Shown here: positions 63,883 to 64,000 of the stretch, one piece after another | How the letters are laid out: every line of letters starts with the position of its first letter | Numbering within the stretch: position 1 is the first letter of the stretch | Source of the DNA: Octopus bimaculoides | Lineage: Eukaryota | Direction: 5' to 3' | NCBI RefSeq assembly: GCF_001194135.2 | Contig: NC_068988.1 | Coordinates: 44,648,899-44,712,898 of the forward strand | DNA length: 64,000 nt | Notes under the pieces: generated by a model | Database searches by the model: none | What the model was told of the DNA's origin: nothing | What the model saw: the letters and a program-made list of their open reading frames with translations, nothing else | Program-made: the position numbers and the translations under genes

Positions 63883-64000
63883 TGTATGTATGTCTTACCA
63901 TTTTATTACCTGTTTATTTTTCTTCACAGAGCTGATTGCCAAACTGATTTCACATAATATTCCTATTTATTTATCACACACAAGCCCAAACTCATATATT

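Overview
Repeat-saturated, AT-rich eukaryotic (animal) genomic DNA from a gapped draft scaffold. The SINE families match the octopus OR/CORE and Meta-domain types as I recall them, so the source is inferred to be an octopod (Octopus-like); this was not checked against a database. No host protein-coding gene, tRNA gene or intact rRNA gene can be supported. Most long ORFs in the track are microsatellite or N-gap read-through, and the rest with protein motifs are decayed transposon fragments. The window looks intergenic or deep-intronic. Recognisable contents: dozens of tRNA-derived SINE copies from at least four families; decayed LINEs (Dong/R4 restriction-endonuclease type, RTE); two different Penelope-like elements; a Helitron fragment; mariner DD34D and maT/DD37D-like remnants; Tc1/mariner and hAT MITEs; and an internally deleted Merlin (IS1016/IS1595-related) transposon with a perfect 8-bp TSD. 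The observations most worth follow-up are: (1) a complete ~1.1-kb non-coding TRIM-like LTR retroelement with TG..CA LTRs, a 5-bp TSD, a tRNA-Ser(GCU)-type PBS and a PPT (22143-23249); (2) a full-length 5S rRNA copy fused to the 3' tail of the dominant SINE (62505-62690), either a possible SINE3 or a chimeric retrocopy; (3) several minimal hammerhead-ribozyme relics (21417-21451, 45700-45748, and split or half copies at 11243-11360 and 49654-49712). Coordinates of decayed repeats are approximate (tens of bp) unless a TSD or TIR is quoted. All alignments and translations were done by eye.
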